Shown: piece by piece, positions 38,791 through 48,169 of the stretch
How positions within the stretch are numbered: the first letter of the stretch is position 1
Layout of the letters: every line of letters begins with the position of its first letter
Assembly (NCBI GenBank): GCA_965602015.1
Contig: OZ271918.1
Coordinates: 512,001 to 576,000, forward strand
Direction of reading: 5' to 3'
Origin: Salinispira sp.
GTDB taxonomy: Bacteria > Spirochaetota > Spirochaetia > DSM-27196 > Salinispiraceae
Length of the DNA: 64,000 nt
The notes under the pieces: generated by a model
The model's database searches: none
What the model was told of the DNA's origin: nothing
What the model saw: the letters and a program-made list of their open reading frames with translations, nothing else
Position numbers and translations under genes: made by a program

Positions 38791-39702
38791 TCATTCAAGG
38801 GAAAATCGGGAGAGCTCCCGGAAACCGAAGCCTCCGCGCTCCCGATGCCGCCGCTGAAGACTGAATAAATTGCTGTCCACCGTTCCCTTGGGAATACCGG
38901 TCACCTTTGCAATCTCCCTGTGAGTGGAAAAGAGATTCGAAGCGAACAGATTTTTCTGTGTGCGCCGCATTCTCTCTACCAGAGACAGGCGGCGCCCATC
39001 GCAGCCCTCATAGCCCTTGACTTGGAGAAAACGACTGTTTCTGCATGTAATTATCGACTGTATTCGCTCCATCCGAGGGATGAGCAGGCGGTGAAGCTCT
39101 TGCCTCATGCCTAAAAGGAGTATTTCGGAAACTTTGGTGTATTTTGCCAGCTTGCAAATGATTGAATCATCCCAAAACATCGAGTGTTTGAGGGCCAGGA
39201 GCAAAATACTTTTTCGTTCAGATTTGATATGTTTTAAAGGCTGGCGGTACCTGCTATGGAACGTGATTTGAGGACGCTCGGTCGGCGGCGGATTGACCGA
39301 CAGCTCAAACACCGCCGGTCCGCGGGATTCAGGCCACAGCGAAGCCGAGGTATCGGGATAAAACCCAGTGCTATTGAGTATCACCTGGTAGCTGTCCCGA
39401 AAAATCGAAACGAGCCGTTTCTGCTTGTCGCCCTCCCTGGTCTCCCGCCCCTTGAAGGTCCTGGCCTGGAAGAAAATAATCTTTCGAAGATATGATTCGA
39501 AAGCAAGCCGCTGGAATTTGAAACGCATAATTGCCCGCAGAAGTTTTGGACGAAGGCTGAGATAGAGTTCATCGATTTCCGTGTGTGTCCAGTCCCTTCG
39601 GCAGCCGAGGGTTTCGCGAAAAATTGTTCGCATGTGTAGGAGAATGTCGCTGAGCGTCCAGCAACCCTGTTGGTAGCAGAGAATTTTTTGGGTCAGATTC
39701 AT
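38791..39702 (-). CDS. Hypothetical protein with sigma-70 region-2-like N-terminus and region-4-like HTH
   Basis: IDELYLSL..AIMRF..FESYLRKI and HREIAKVTGIPKGTVDSNL; GGAGGGA SD before ATG 39702. Confidence 0.65.
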   Translation of the reverse strand: MNLTQKILCYQQGCWTLSDILLHMRTIFRETLGCRRDWTHTEIDELYLSLRPKLLRAIMRFKFQRLAFESYLRKIIFFQARTFKGRETREGDKQKRLVSIFRDSYQVILNSTGFYPDTSASLWPESRGPAVFELSVNPPPTERPQITFHSRYRQPLKHIKSERKSILLLALKHSMFWDDSIICKLAKYTKVSEILLLGMRQELHRLLIPRMERIQSIITCRNSRFLQVKGYEGCDGRRLSLVERMRRTQKNLFASNLFSTHREIAKVTGIPKGTVDSNLFSLQRRHRERGGFGFRELSRFSLE

Positions 39703-39861
39703 GATTCCCTCCGGCATAAATCGTTCGGGAGCGCATTTACACAACCCCCGGTAATAAGGTTCTGCTTGGACCACCGGGCGGATTATTTATTTTTGTACTG
39801 AAAATCGTATTTGTAAAGAGCAAATTGGCTTTTTTATCCGGATTCTCTAATTTATACGTTA

Positions 39862-40845
39862 TTACTTGTTGAGTAGTTCACCGATGCGGGTTCGGATTTT
39901 TTCGAAGGTTTCGCCAAGGGGAAGATCTATGGTAAATCCCGCGGCTCTGGCGTGTCCCCCGCCTCCGAACTCAGCGGCCAGGGCGCCGCCGTCAATCGCC
40001 TGGGACGTGCGGATACTCCCGGTTGTACGGCCGGGAACCTCCTCCCGGAGCACAAGCAGTATTTCCGTCTGATCAACATTCATGAGCTGCTGATACAGGC
40101 TGTCGGAATCCCGGTTTGGCCTGCCGTAGCGGGCGATATCTTCATGGGTCTCCCAGGTGTACAGAAGGCGGCCGTCAAAGTAGGACTCAACTCGCTGCAG
40201 CATGAGTCCCAGGTGTTTTCTGCTCTCGAGACTGACCCCATGGGAAATTTTTTCATATATTTTCCGGGGGGAAGCGCCGGCTTCCACCAGTTTGGCAATC
40301 ATCTGAAAGCTGACATGGGTCCGTTCATCCAGATGCCGGAAAAAACCAGTATCGGTGGTGAACGCGAAGAAAATATATTCGGATTCTATTTGGCTAGGCG
40401 CATAGCCCATTTCCTCGATTATCTGCTGTACCAGGAGGCTCGTTGAGGGGGCCGTCGGATTGATGAAGCGGATATCGCCGAAGGGTTTGCCGGTGCTGTG
40501 ATGGTCGATGATCGCAGTGCTAAGATAGGCAATATCCTCATACAACTCGCCGATCCGGTCGCTGGTAGAGCAATCAAGGACAATTGCAGCGCTATTTTTT
40601 TTATCAGAAAGAAGTTCAGCGGGAATTCTTTTCGCGAACAGCGGCTCGAATTCGTTTATTTCCCTTCGGCCGAAGGGGCCGGGATTAAAATAATGGACGG
40701 ATTTCCCGATGCGCGAGAGGAACTCTCCAAGGGCCAGGGAAGAGCCGACGCAATCACCATCGGGATCGATGTGGGAGATAAGAAAAAACCGCTGGTGGCT
40801 TTCAAAGAATGGTATGAGATCCGAGGGCAGTGATTGGCTTTCCAT
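39862..40845 (-). CDS. nrnA: DHH/DHHA1 phosphoesterase (nanoRNase/pAp phosphatase)
   Basis: HIDPDGD, LDC, IDHH, TDTGFF, GGGGHARAAG. Confidence 0.9.
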   Translation of the reverse strand: MESQSLPSDLIPFFESHQRFFLISHIDPDGDCVGSSLALGEFLSRIGKSVHYFNPGPFGRREINEFEPLFAKRIPAELLSDKKNSAAIVLDCSTSDRIGELYEDIAYLSTAIIDHHSTGKPFGDIRFINPTAPSTSLLVQQIIEEMGYAPSQIESEYIFFAFTTDTGFFRHLDERTHVSFQMIAKLVEAGASPRKIYEKISHGVSLESRKHLGLMLQRVESYFDGRLLYTWETHEDIARYGRPNRDSDSLYQQLMNVDQTEILLVLREEVPGRTTGSIRTSQAIDGGALAAEFGGGGHARAAGFTIDLPLGETFEKIRTRIGELLNK

Positions 40846-40856
40846 AGTTATACCAG

Positions 40857-40887
40857 AAAAATACCCCAACTGTGCGTTGGGGTATTT
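40857..40887 (-). terminator. Intrinsic terminator after the 40927-41352 gene
   Basis: Minus strand AAATACCCCAAC-GCACA-GTTGGGGTATTTTT. Confidence 0.65.
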
Positions 40888-40926
40888 AGCATGAATCTTC
40901 GCCGGTGAAAATGAGAAAGACGGCGG

Positions 40927-41352
40927 TCAATTATAATTGATCACCAATTCCTCTGAAGCAAAGTTCGCTTCGGTATCCTCCTCATCATTGAGCACCGTCC
41001 AGCTGACATGATCATAGGTCGGAATTAAGAACAGGCGCACATGGGAGAAGGCGCCGTCGCGATAGTAGACCTGCATAAACGGGGCCGCTTTGGTCCACGT
41101 GTCAATTTGCTCTGCCTTGCCTGCTGCGCTTCTGAACCAATCGTGGGGGATATACGCATAGTGTAGTCTTCCCCGGCCGTTGCGGTATGTTACCCGGTAC
41201 CCGAAGTCGCCCAGGGCGACCTGACTGATTACCATATTTCTCACATAATAGGCTGAAGTTCCGTCGTCAGCATTATTCTGAGCGCTCAACGGAGCGATGG
41301 ATGCAATCAGCAAGGTTAGAGTAAAGAGCAGAATGAGCGTTTTTTTATCCAC
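40927..41352 (-). CDS. Exported hypothetical protein
   Basis: GTG start after AGGAGG, signal peptide ending APLSA, 141 aa. Confidence 0.75.
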   Translation of the reverse strand: MDKKTLILLFTLTLLIASIAPLSAQNNADDGTSAYYVRNMVISQVALGDFGYRVTYRNGRGRLHYAYIPHDWFRSAAGKAEQIDTWTKAAPFMQVYYRDGAFSHVRLFLIPTYDHVSWTVLNDEEDTEANFASEELVINYN

Positions 41353-41444
41353 TTCAACCTCCTTGTCGTACTGCTGATTTAAGTATAGGGCAGCTACTGT
41401 AAATTCTGCAAGAAAAGTTGAAAAATCAAGAGCTTTATTCGGGT

Positions 41445-44129
41445 TTATTCGTCCTCAAAGATGACCTGCTGGACGTCGGCGATCCCTTCAGCGAAATCGA
41501 AACTGATAGCTCTTTTAACTTCCGAAGGCAGTTCGTCGTAATCCTTTTTATTCTTTGCCGGGAGGATTATAGTGGAAAAACCGTTGCGGTGAGCTGCCAG
41601 AACCTTTTCCTTGATGCCGCCGACTGGCAAAACTCTGCCGGTCAGGGTGATTTCGCCGGTCATGGCGCATAGGTGTTTCACAGTTTTTCCGGTGAACACC
41701 GAAAGCAGGGCGCTGGTAAGGGTAATGCCCGCGCTTGGGCCGTCTTTTGGTATGGCTCCGGCGGGAACATGGATATGAACATCTGCATTATGCGACAGAT
41801 TCGCCACTTCGTCATTTCCCGCTTCCTCAAGTATTTTCCTGGCGAGGGAGAGGGCTATGCGGGCGCTTTCCTTCATAACATCCCCGAGGCTGCCGGTAAG
41901 GGTCATTTCACCCTTGCCGTCCCGATTGAGAATGACCGCCTCGACGGGAAGCAGTTTCCCGCCGAGCTGGGTCCAGGCCATGCCGTACACAAGTCCGGGA
42001 GGTGCTTCTTCGTAGAGCAAATCGCTGTCGTATTTTTCCGGGCCCAGGAGCTTGGGTACCAGTCCGTTGGTAACCTTGTAGGCAAACTTCGGATAGTTAT
42101 AGCTGATGTCTTTTGCCGCGGGCAGTTCGGTTTCGCCGGGTTCTATTTTTTGATTATTGTCCTGCTCCGAAGCCCGGTCTGAATTCTCATTGGATTCGGC
42201 CCCTACTTCAGCCTTATTTTCGGCATCGGCATCGGCATCGGGAGCGGCATCGGGAGCGGCATCGGCATCGGGAGCGGGAGCGGCGTCAGGTTCGGGCTCA
42301 GCATCAGCGTCGTTTTCGGAATCGTCCACGGAGGCCGGAAAAATTTCCGTTGAAGGCTCTGAGGGCATTGCGCTGGCCTCCGGCGCTTCGGCTTCGGGCA
42401 CTTCCACGGGTACCGGCACTTTGCCGTCCTCAACAGCCTTGCGGGCTATTTTCCGCACGACCTTGGCTATTTCCCGTTCGAGGTTCCGCACGCCGCTTTC
42501 CCGGGTATAGTGATCGATTATGGTCTTGAGGGCTTCTTCTGAGAATCTGATGTCCGCCCAGTCAAGGCCGTGTTCGGCTATCTGTTTGGGTATGATAAAG
42601 CCCTGGGCTATTTTCCGTTTCTCGATTCTGGTGTACCCGGGGATTTGAATGATTTCCATTCGGTCAAGCAGCGGGTAGGGTATTCCGTCGAGACTGTTGG
42701 CAGTGGTGACAAAAAGCACTTTTGAGAGATCGACCGCGAGTTCCATGTAGTGATCGGTGAAGTTTTTATTCTGCTCCGGATCGAGAACCTCGAGAAGAGC
42801 TGATGACGGATCTCCCCGATGGTCACTGGAAAGCTTGTCGATTTCATCCAGAAGGAATACCGGGTTGGCGCTTCCGGCTTTTTTAAGACCCTGAATGATT
42901 TTTCCCGGAAGAGCGCCGACGTAGGTACGGCGGTGACCCCGGATCTCCGCCTCGTCCCGGACTCCGCCGAGGGATATTCTCACAAATTTCCTGCCCATGG
43001 CCCGGGCAAGGCTCTTTCCCAGGCTGGTTTTTCCGGTTCCCGGAGGACCGACGAAGCAGAGTATGGGACCTTTGAGATTCTGCTTCATTTGCAGAACGGA
43101 CAGGAAATCGAGGATGCGGTTCTTTGGTTCGCTCATGTCGTAGTGATCTTCATCGAGAATGCCCGCGGCTTCATCGATGTCTATGCGGTCGTCGCTGTAC
43201 CGGTCCCACGGCAAATCGGCTATCCATTCGAGATACGAACGGAGTATTCCCGCTTCGGGACTAATGGGTTGGAGTCTTTTGAGCCGCTTTATCTCTGTTT
43301 CGACCTTGGCCTGAACTTCTTCCGGAAGTTCTCTCCCGGCAAAGCGCTGTTCCAGCTCTCCCACGCCGCTGGGATCTTCTTCAGCCTTTCCCAACTCTTT
43401 ATTGAGTTCCTTTATTTGCTCGTTTATGACGAACTCCCGGTGATTGTCATCCATCCGCTGCTTAACGCGCTTGGAGATATCTTTCCGGAGGCTCAAAACC
43501 TGTTTTTCGGATTCGAGTTCAAGGGCCAGCTTGTCCAGTCGGGCGGTGGTATCAGTTTGAGTCAGGAGTTCAAGCTTCCGATCGAAGGCGATTCCGGTCT
43601 GGGAGAGTATCTGGTCGATGAGTGTGTGGGGATTATCAGCCCGTTCTATGGCCTGGAGGATTTCCTTGGGCACTTTTTTGCTATCCCGGGAGAAACTGCG
43701 GAAACTGTCCTGGAGGGCCCGCATTCGAGTCGTAACTTCCGGATTCAGTGAATTATCCAGGGCGATGGGGTTGGTTCGTCCGATAAAAAGGCCGTCCTCC
43801 TCCTGGAGCGAGAGAAGCCGGACCCTGTCGCTGCCTTCCAGCAGAACCCGGGAACTGTTGTTCGGCAGCTTCATTACCTGCACAACACGGGCGAGGGTGG
43901 CTACCTGGTTGAGGTTTTCCATGGTAAGACGGCTGTCCTCGCCGTGAAAATACGCCAGGACTATAGTGCGTTTGCCCGCCATTGCCTTTTCAATCGATTT
44001 CACTGCTGCGGGTTTCTGAACATATATCGGCGCAGCGGAATGGGGAAAGAGCACCATATCCTTTATTGCAATCAGGGGATACTCGGCGCCCTTCACCAGT
44101 GATGATTCATTTTTTTTGAACAATTTCAT
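41445..44129 (-). CDS. lon: ATP-dependent Lon protease with acidic low-complexity insertion
   Basis: Lon N-domain, GPPGTGKTS, LLDEIDK, RESGVR, PKDGPSAG, GGIKEK. Confidence 0.96.
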   Translation of the reverse strand: MKLFKKNESSLVKGAEYPLIAIKDMVLFPHSAAPIYVQKPAAVKSIEKAMAGKRTIVLAYFHGEDSRLTMENLNQVATLARVVQVMKLPNNSSRVLLEGSDRVRLLSLQEEDGLFIGRTNPIALDNSLNPEVTTRMRALQDSFRSFSRDSKKVPKEILQAIERADNPHTLIDQILSQTGIAFDRKLELLTQTDTTARLDKLALELESEKQVLSLRKDISKRVKQRMDDNHREFVINEQIKELNKELGKAEEDPSGVGELEQRFAGRELPEEVQAKVETEIKRLKRLQPISPEAGILRSYLEWIADLPWDRYSDDRIDIDEAAGILDEDHYDMSEPKNRILDFLSVLQMKQNLKGPILCFVGPPGTGKTSLGKSLARAMGRKFVRISLGGVRDEAEIRGHRRTYVGALPGKIIQGLKKAGSANPVFLLDEIDKLSSDHRGDPSSALLEVLDPEQNKNFTDHYMELAVDLSKVLFVTTANSLDGIPYPLLDRMEIIQIPGYTRIEKRKIAQGFIIPKQIAEHGLDWADIRFSEEALKTIIDHYTRESGVRNLEREIAKVVRKIARKAVEDGKVPVPVEVPEAEAPEASAMPSEPSTEIFPASVDDSENDADAEPEPDAAPAPDADAAPDAAPDADADAENKAEVGAESNENSDRASEQDNNQKIEPGETELPAAKDISYNYPKFAYKVTNGLVPKLLGPEKYDSDLLYEEAPPGLVYGMAWTQLGGKLLPVEAVILNRDGKGEMTLTGSLGDVMKESARIALSLARKILEEAGNDEVANLSHNADVHIHVPAGAIPKDGPSAGITLTSALLSVFTGKTVKHLCAMTGEITLTGRVLPVGGIKEKVLAAHRNGFSTIILPAKNKKDYDELPSEVKRAISFDFAEGIADVQQVIFEDE
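42220..42287. repeat. Degenerate 6-bp unit tandem repeat inside lon (encodes Pro/Asp/Ala)
   Basis: Runs of GCATCG and GGAGCG units encoding PDADAAPDAAPDADADA. Confidence 0.8.
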
Positions 44130-44147
44130 ATTCCGCCCCGACGGCCG

Positions 44148-45386
44148 TCAGGCAGATTTCTTTTTCCTGACGATGATTTCCGGCTGCTCGCCGTTTTTTA
44201 TTACTTCCTTGCTGATTACCACTTCCTTGCTGCCCTTCATGGACGGCAAGTCGTACATAATATCAATCATAACCGATTCGACAATGGCTCTCAGCCCCCG
44301 GGCTCCGGTTTTCCGGCTAATGGCCAGCTCGGCAATGGCCTCTACGGCGTCTTCGGTGAAATTGAGGTCAACATCATCGAGTTTCAGGCTCGCCTTGTAT
44401 TGCTTTACGATTGAGTTCCGGGGCTCCTGAAGGATTCTCACCAGGTCCTCCCGCTCAAGATCGTTCAAGGCCACATGTATGGGCAGTCGGCCGACGAATT
44501 CCGGGATGAGGCCGAATTTCACCAGGTCGTCGGGATGCAGCGACTTAAACAGCTCGGTAACATCATCGCGTTTGTTGTGAACCCGCGCCCCGAAGCCCAT
44601 GGGGTGTTCGGAAACCCGGTTTTCAATAATTTTATCCAAACCAACAAAGGCTCCCCCGCATATTATGAGGATGTTGCTGGTATCGATTTTTATCATTTCC
44701 TGGCTTGGGTGTTTTCGACCGCCCTGAGGAGGAACCGAAGCGATTGTGCCTTCGATAATCTTCAAAAGAGCCTGCTGCACCCCTTCACCGCTGACGTCAC
44801 GGGTAATCGAGACATTTTCGCTTTTCCGGCCGATTTTATCGATTTCGTCGATGTAAATGATTCCACGCTCGGTGGCGGAAATATCCTGCCCGGCCGCCTG
44901 ATAGAGCTTCAGAAGAATGTTTTCCACGTCCTCGCCCACATAACCGGCCTCTGTAAGGGTGGTGGCGTCGGCAATGGCAAAGGGAACTTTTAACTTCTTG
45001 GCCAGGGTCTTGGCGAGCAGGGTTTTTCCCGTACCCGTGGGCCCCAGCAGGAGAACGTTCGATTTTTCAATCTCCACGTCTTCCTCAATGCGGGTTTTTT
45101 GGGTGATGCGCTTGTAATGGTTATACACGGCTACCGAAAGAACCTTTTTTGCCTGTTCCTGCCCCACTACATACTCATCGAGATACGACTTGATTTCCTG
45201 GGGCGAGGGGACCTCGTCCAGAAACTCTGTGGTGAGCACATCTTCTTCTTCATCGAGGATTTTCTTGCAGACGTTTACGCACTCGTCGCAGATATACACC
45301 CCGGGACCGGCGATGAGCCGTCGGGCGAAATCTGCGGGTTTTCCGCAAAAGGAACAGGCTTTGTTGCTTTCGGTTTTTTTACTCAT
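44148..45386 (-). CDS. clpX: ClpX ATPase
   Basis: CSFCGK...CDEC zinc domain, [31 protein letters not shown]. Confidence 0.97.
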   Translation of the reverse strand: MSKKTESNKACSFCGKPADFARRLIAGPGVYICDECVNVCKKILDEEEDVLTTEFLDEVPSPQEIKSYLDEYVVGQEQAKKVLSVAVYNHYKRITQKTRIEEDVEIEKSNVLLLGPTGTGKTLLAKTLAKKLKVPFAIADATTLTEAGYVGEDVENILLKLYQAAGQDISATERGIIYIDEIDKIGRKSENVSITRDVSGEGVQQALLKIIEGTIASVPPQGGRKHPSQEMIKIDTSNILIICGGAFVGLDKIIENRVSEHPMGFGARVHNKRDDVTELFKSLHPDDLVKFGLIPEFVGRLPIHVALNDLEREDLVRILQEPRNSIVKQYKASLKLDDVDLNFTEDAVEAIAELAISRKTGARGLRAIVESVMIDIMYDLPSMKGSKEVVISKEVIKNGEQPEIIVRKKKSA

Positions 45387-45391
45387 ATGTC

Positions 45392-45997
45392 CTACTCGTT
45401 TTTATTGCGGACCAGAACGTTGTCTACCAGACCGTATTTAACCGACTCCTCAGAGCCCATGAAAAAATCCCGCTCCAGATCGTTGATTATTACGTCTCGT
45501 TTCTGACCGCTGTGCTTGACCAGTATATCAATCAGCAGATTTTTCAGCCGTACCATCTCTCTGGCCTGTATGCCGATATCGCTGGCCTGACCCTGGACCC
45601 CGCCCCATGGCTGATGGAGCATAACCCGCGATGAAGGAAGGGCGAGGCGTTTGCCTGCAGTGCCTGAAGCCAGCAAAATCGCCGCCATGCTGGCCGCCTG
45701 GCCCATGCAAATGGTCTGCACGTCAGCCCGGATGTACTGGATGGTATCATAGATTGCAAGCCCTGCAGTTACCGAACCGCCGGGCGAGTTGATATACAAC
45801 GAAATATCTTTATCGGGATCCTGGCTTTCCAGGAACAGCAACTGGGCAACGACGATATCAGCATTGATATCGTGTATTTCGCCGTCGAGAAAAATAATCC
45901 GGTCTTTAAGCAGCCGGCTGTAAATGTCGTAGCTTCGCTCGCCGACTCCGGTCTGCTCGATAACCACCGGAACGAGGTTATTGTTCTGAACATTCAT
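45392..45997 (-). CDS. clpP: ClpP protease subunit
   Basis: [32 protein letters not shown]. Confidence 0.97.
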   Translation of the reverse strand: MNVQNNNLVPVVIEQTGVGERSYDIYSRLLKDRIIFLDGEIHDINADIVVAQLLFLESQDPDKDISLYINSPGGSVTAGLAIYDTIQYIRADVQTICMGQAASMAAILLASGTAGKRLALPSSRVMLHQPWGGVQGQASDIGIQAREMVRLKNLLIDILVKHSGQKRDVIINDLERDFFMGSEESVKYGLVDNVLVRNKNE

Positions 45998-46031
45998 GTT
46001 GTCATCCTGTCTGTTTGGGTATTTCGTAAAT

Positions 46032-47384
46032 CTACGCATTTCCCTGGATGAAGTCCAGATACTTAACCTTCTTGCCCTTCTTCACAGTGTTTTCACCGAG
46101 CAGCTGCTCAATAAGCCGCTTCTCCTTGATGTCCTGTTTGACGTATTCCATCATTTGATTTTTTTCGTAGTAATCCCGGACCTCTTCCTCGGACATCTGA
46201 CTCTGGGCGGCGGTTTTGGCTATTTCGGCGTTGACTTCATCATCGCTAGCCTCCACCTTGCGGTCTTCGATGAGTTTTTGAAGGATGAGCTGAGCCTTGA
46301 GCCGCTTTTCGGCAGCTGGCCGCCACTCAGCGTAGAGGGCTTCCCGGGTGCTGTTTTGGGCACCTAAAAGACTTTCAACCATCTGCTCATCACCGCCGAA
46401 CTGCCGGATGAAGTTTTGCCAGTTAGCCTGCAATTCGGCTTGAACCATGCTGTCGGGTAGAATAATGGGATTCTTCTCAATGAGCTGATCCATGAGACTG
46501 TCGGTCTTCACCTTTCTCAGCTGATTGTCCTTGTTTTCCTCCAGGCGTTTTTTAATATCCTTTTTGAGGTCCTCAAGGGTCTCATATTTTTCGTCCACAT
46601 CCTGCGCCAGCTCATCATCGAGGTTAGGCAGATCCCGCACCTTGATTTTCTTGAGGCTGACCTTGATCTTCTTGGTCTGGCCGGCCAGGGATTTGTCTTC
46701 CTCGTCTTCGGAATAGGTCTTATCGATGACCTTTTCCTCGCCGATCGCCATTCCGATAACTTCGTCGTCTATTTTAAACAGGTTATAACCGCTTCCGATG
46801 GTGAAGCTGTAATCTTCACGTTGGGAATCCGGTACTTCGCTCCCCGAATCATCGAGTTCGCAGTAGTCGATGGTTACGATGTGGTCTTTTTCCGCCTTGC
46901 CCTCGCTCTTTTCCGCGACGATGGCATTCTGCTCCTGGATTTGCTTGAGTTCTGCTTCCAGGGCGTCCTTGCCGATGGTGACCTGGGGTTCTTCAACGGT
47001 GAACCCCTTGATCTCTTTTAGGTCTACTTCGGGGAAAATGTCGTAGGTAACCGCATATGAGAAGGCCTCTCCGGGGGTAAAATCCAGTTCGCCGTCGAGC
47101 TCAGGGGCGGCATATTGAAGGGGCTTTTCATCAATTTCTTCATAAATTGTCTTCATGCTCTCTTCGATGAGCTTCTGAGCCACTTCAACGCGAATGCTAT
47201 CGCCGAATTTCTTTTCGAGTACTGCTGCCGGCGCCTTTCCGGGCCGAAAGCCCTTGATGTGGGCTTTTTTGCTGTATTCCTTGAGCAGGCTGTCGTACTC
47301 TTTTTGCGCGTCGTCCTTTTTTACCGTTACCGAAAGGCGAACCCGACTCTGATCGAGTTTTTCAACATTTTTAGAATCAATCAT
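46032..47384 (-). CDS. tig: Trigger factor
   Basis: GFRPGKAP motif, FKBP-like middle domain, tig-clpP-clpX-lon order. Confidence 0.95.
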   Translation of the reverse strand: MIDSKNVEKLDQSRVRLSVTVKKDDAQKEYDSLLKEYSKKAHIKGFRPGKAPAAVLEKKFGDSIRVEVAQKLIEESMKTIYEEIDEKPLQYAAPELDGELDFTPGEAFSYAVTYDIFPEVDLKEIKGFTVEEPQVTIGKDALEAELKQIQEQNAIVAEKSEGKAEKDHIVTIDYCELDDSGSEVPDSQREDYSFTIGSGYNLFKIDDEVIGMAIGEEKVIDKTYSEDEEDKSLAGQTKKIKVSLKKIKVRDLPNLDDELAQDVDEKYETLEDLKKDIKKRLEENKDNQLRKVKTDSLMDQLIEKNPIILPDSMVQAELQANWQNFIRQFGGDEQMVESLLGAQNSTREALYAEWRPAAEKRLKAQLILQKLIEDRKVEASDDEVNAEIAKTAAQSQMSEEEVRDYYEKNQMMEYVKQDIKEKRLIEQLLGENTVKKGKKVKYLDFIQGNA

Positions 47385-47446
47385 GCTCTCTCCTGGAGAA
47401 CGCCGGTGGGATCGCCGGCAATTTTGGATAGTCGTGCGAAATCGCA

Positions 47447-47481
47447 GAAAAAAAAAGCGACCTGGAGTTCACCAGATCGCT
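47447..47481 (-). terminator. Intrinsic terminator of the tRNA cluster
   Basis: Minus strand AGCGATCTGG-TGAACT-CCAGGTCGCT followed by a T run. Confidence 0.8.
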
Positions 47482-47492
47482 GTATTCGTGTA

Positions 47493-47565
<73 letters not shown>

Positions 47566-47636
47566 AGGATGCTTCTCTGGAGAATACAGTATACCATAAT
47601 CTCCGTACTGCCGTCAGTAATCATATAGAGAGTGGA

Positions 47637-47718
47637 TGCGAGAGGAGGGACTCGAACCCTCACACCGTAAGGCACTAGATCCTAAATCTAGCGTGTCTAC
47701 CAATTTCACCACTCTCGC
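47637..47718 (-). tRNA. tRNA-Leu(TAG)
   Basis: GCGAGAGTGGTGAAATTGGTAGACACGCTAGATTTAGGATCTAG...GGTTCGAGTCCCTCCTCTCGCA. Confidence 0.95.
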
Positions 47719-47816
47719 AGACACTGCTGGCAGATACTATATTAAATTGTTTTTTCCCGTCAAGATACTTTTGCAAGAAATCTTGGGAGATGCTCCTCAC
47801 TATTGTGTGGGGGCGA

Positions 47817-47889
47817 TGAGCCGTGAAGGGATCGAACCTTCGACCCGCAGATTAAGAGTCTGCTGCTCTACCAGCTGAGCTAACGGCCC
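47817..47889 (-). tRNA. tRNA-Lys(CTT)
   Basis: GGGCCGTTAGCTCAGCTGGTAGAGCAGCAGACTCTTAATCTGC...GGTTCGATCCCTTCACGGCTCA. Confidence 0.95.
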
Positions 47890-47932
47890 CTGTTGTTACT
47901 TGTGTACTACATGTTTTTTCCCCGAAGGGAAT

Positions 47933-48006
47933 CGCGCCCGGCAGGACTCGAACCTGCGACCCACGGATTCGAAGTCCGGCACTCTATCCAGCTGAGCTAC
48001 GGACGC
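47933..48006 (-). tRNA. tRNA-Arg(TCG)
   Basis: GCGTCCGTAGCTCAGCTGGATAGAGTGCCGGACTTCGAATCCG...GGTTCGAGTCCTGCCGGGCGCG. Confidence 0.93.
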
Positions 48007-48058
48007 GTATTACGGTCAAAGTCCGTCTACATACTAATGACGTCCCTGTTCCGCTTAG

Positions 48059-48131
48059 GGTGGATGACGGGACTTGAACCCGCAACAACCAGAACCACAA
48101 TCTGGTGCTCTACCATTGAACTACATCCACC
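48059..48131 (-). tRNA. tRNA-His(GTG)
   Basis: G(-1)GTGGATGTAGTTCAATGGTAGAGCACCAGATTGTGGTTCTGG...GGTTCAAGTCCCGTCATCCACC. Confidence 0.95.
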
Positions 48132-48169
48132 GCGTGAGCGCTTATATATATAGTACGCGCAAAGTTTTG

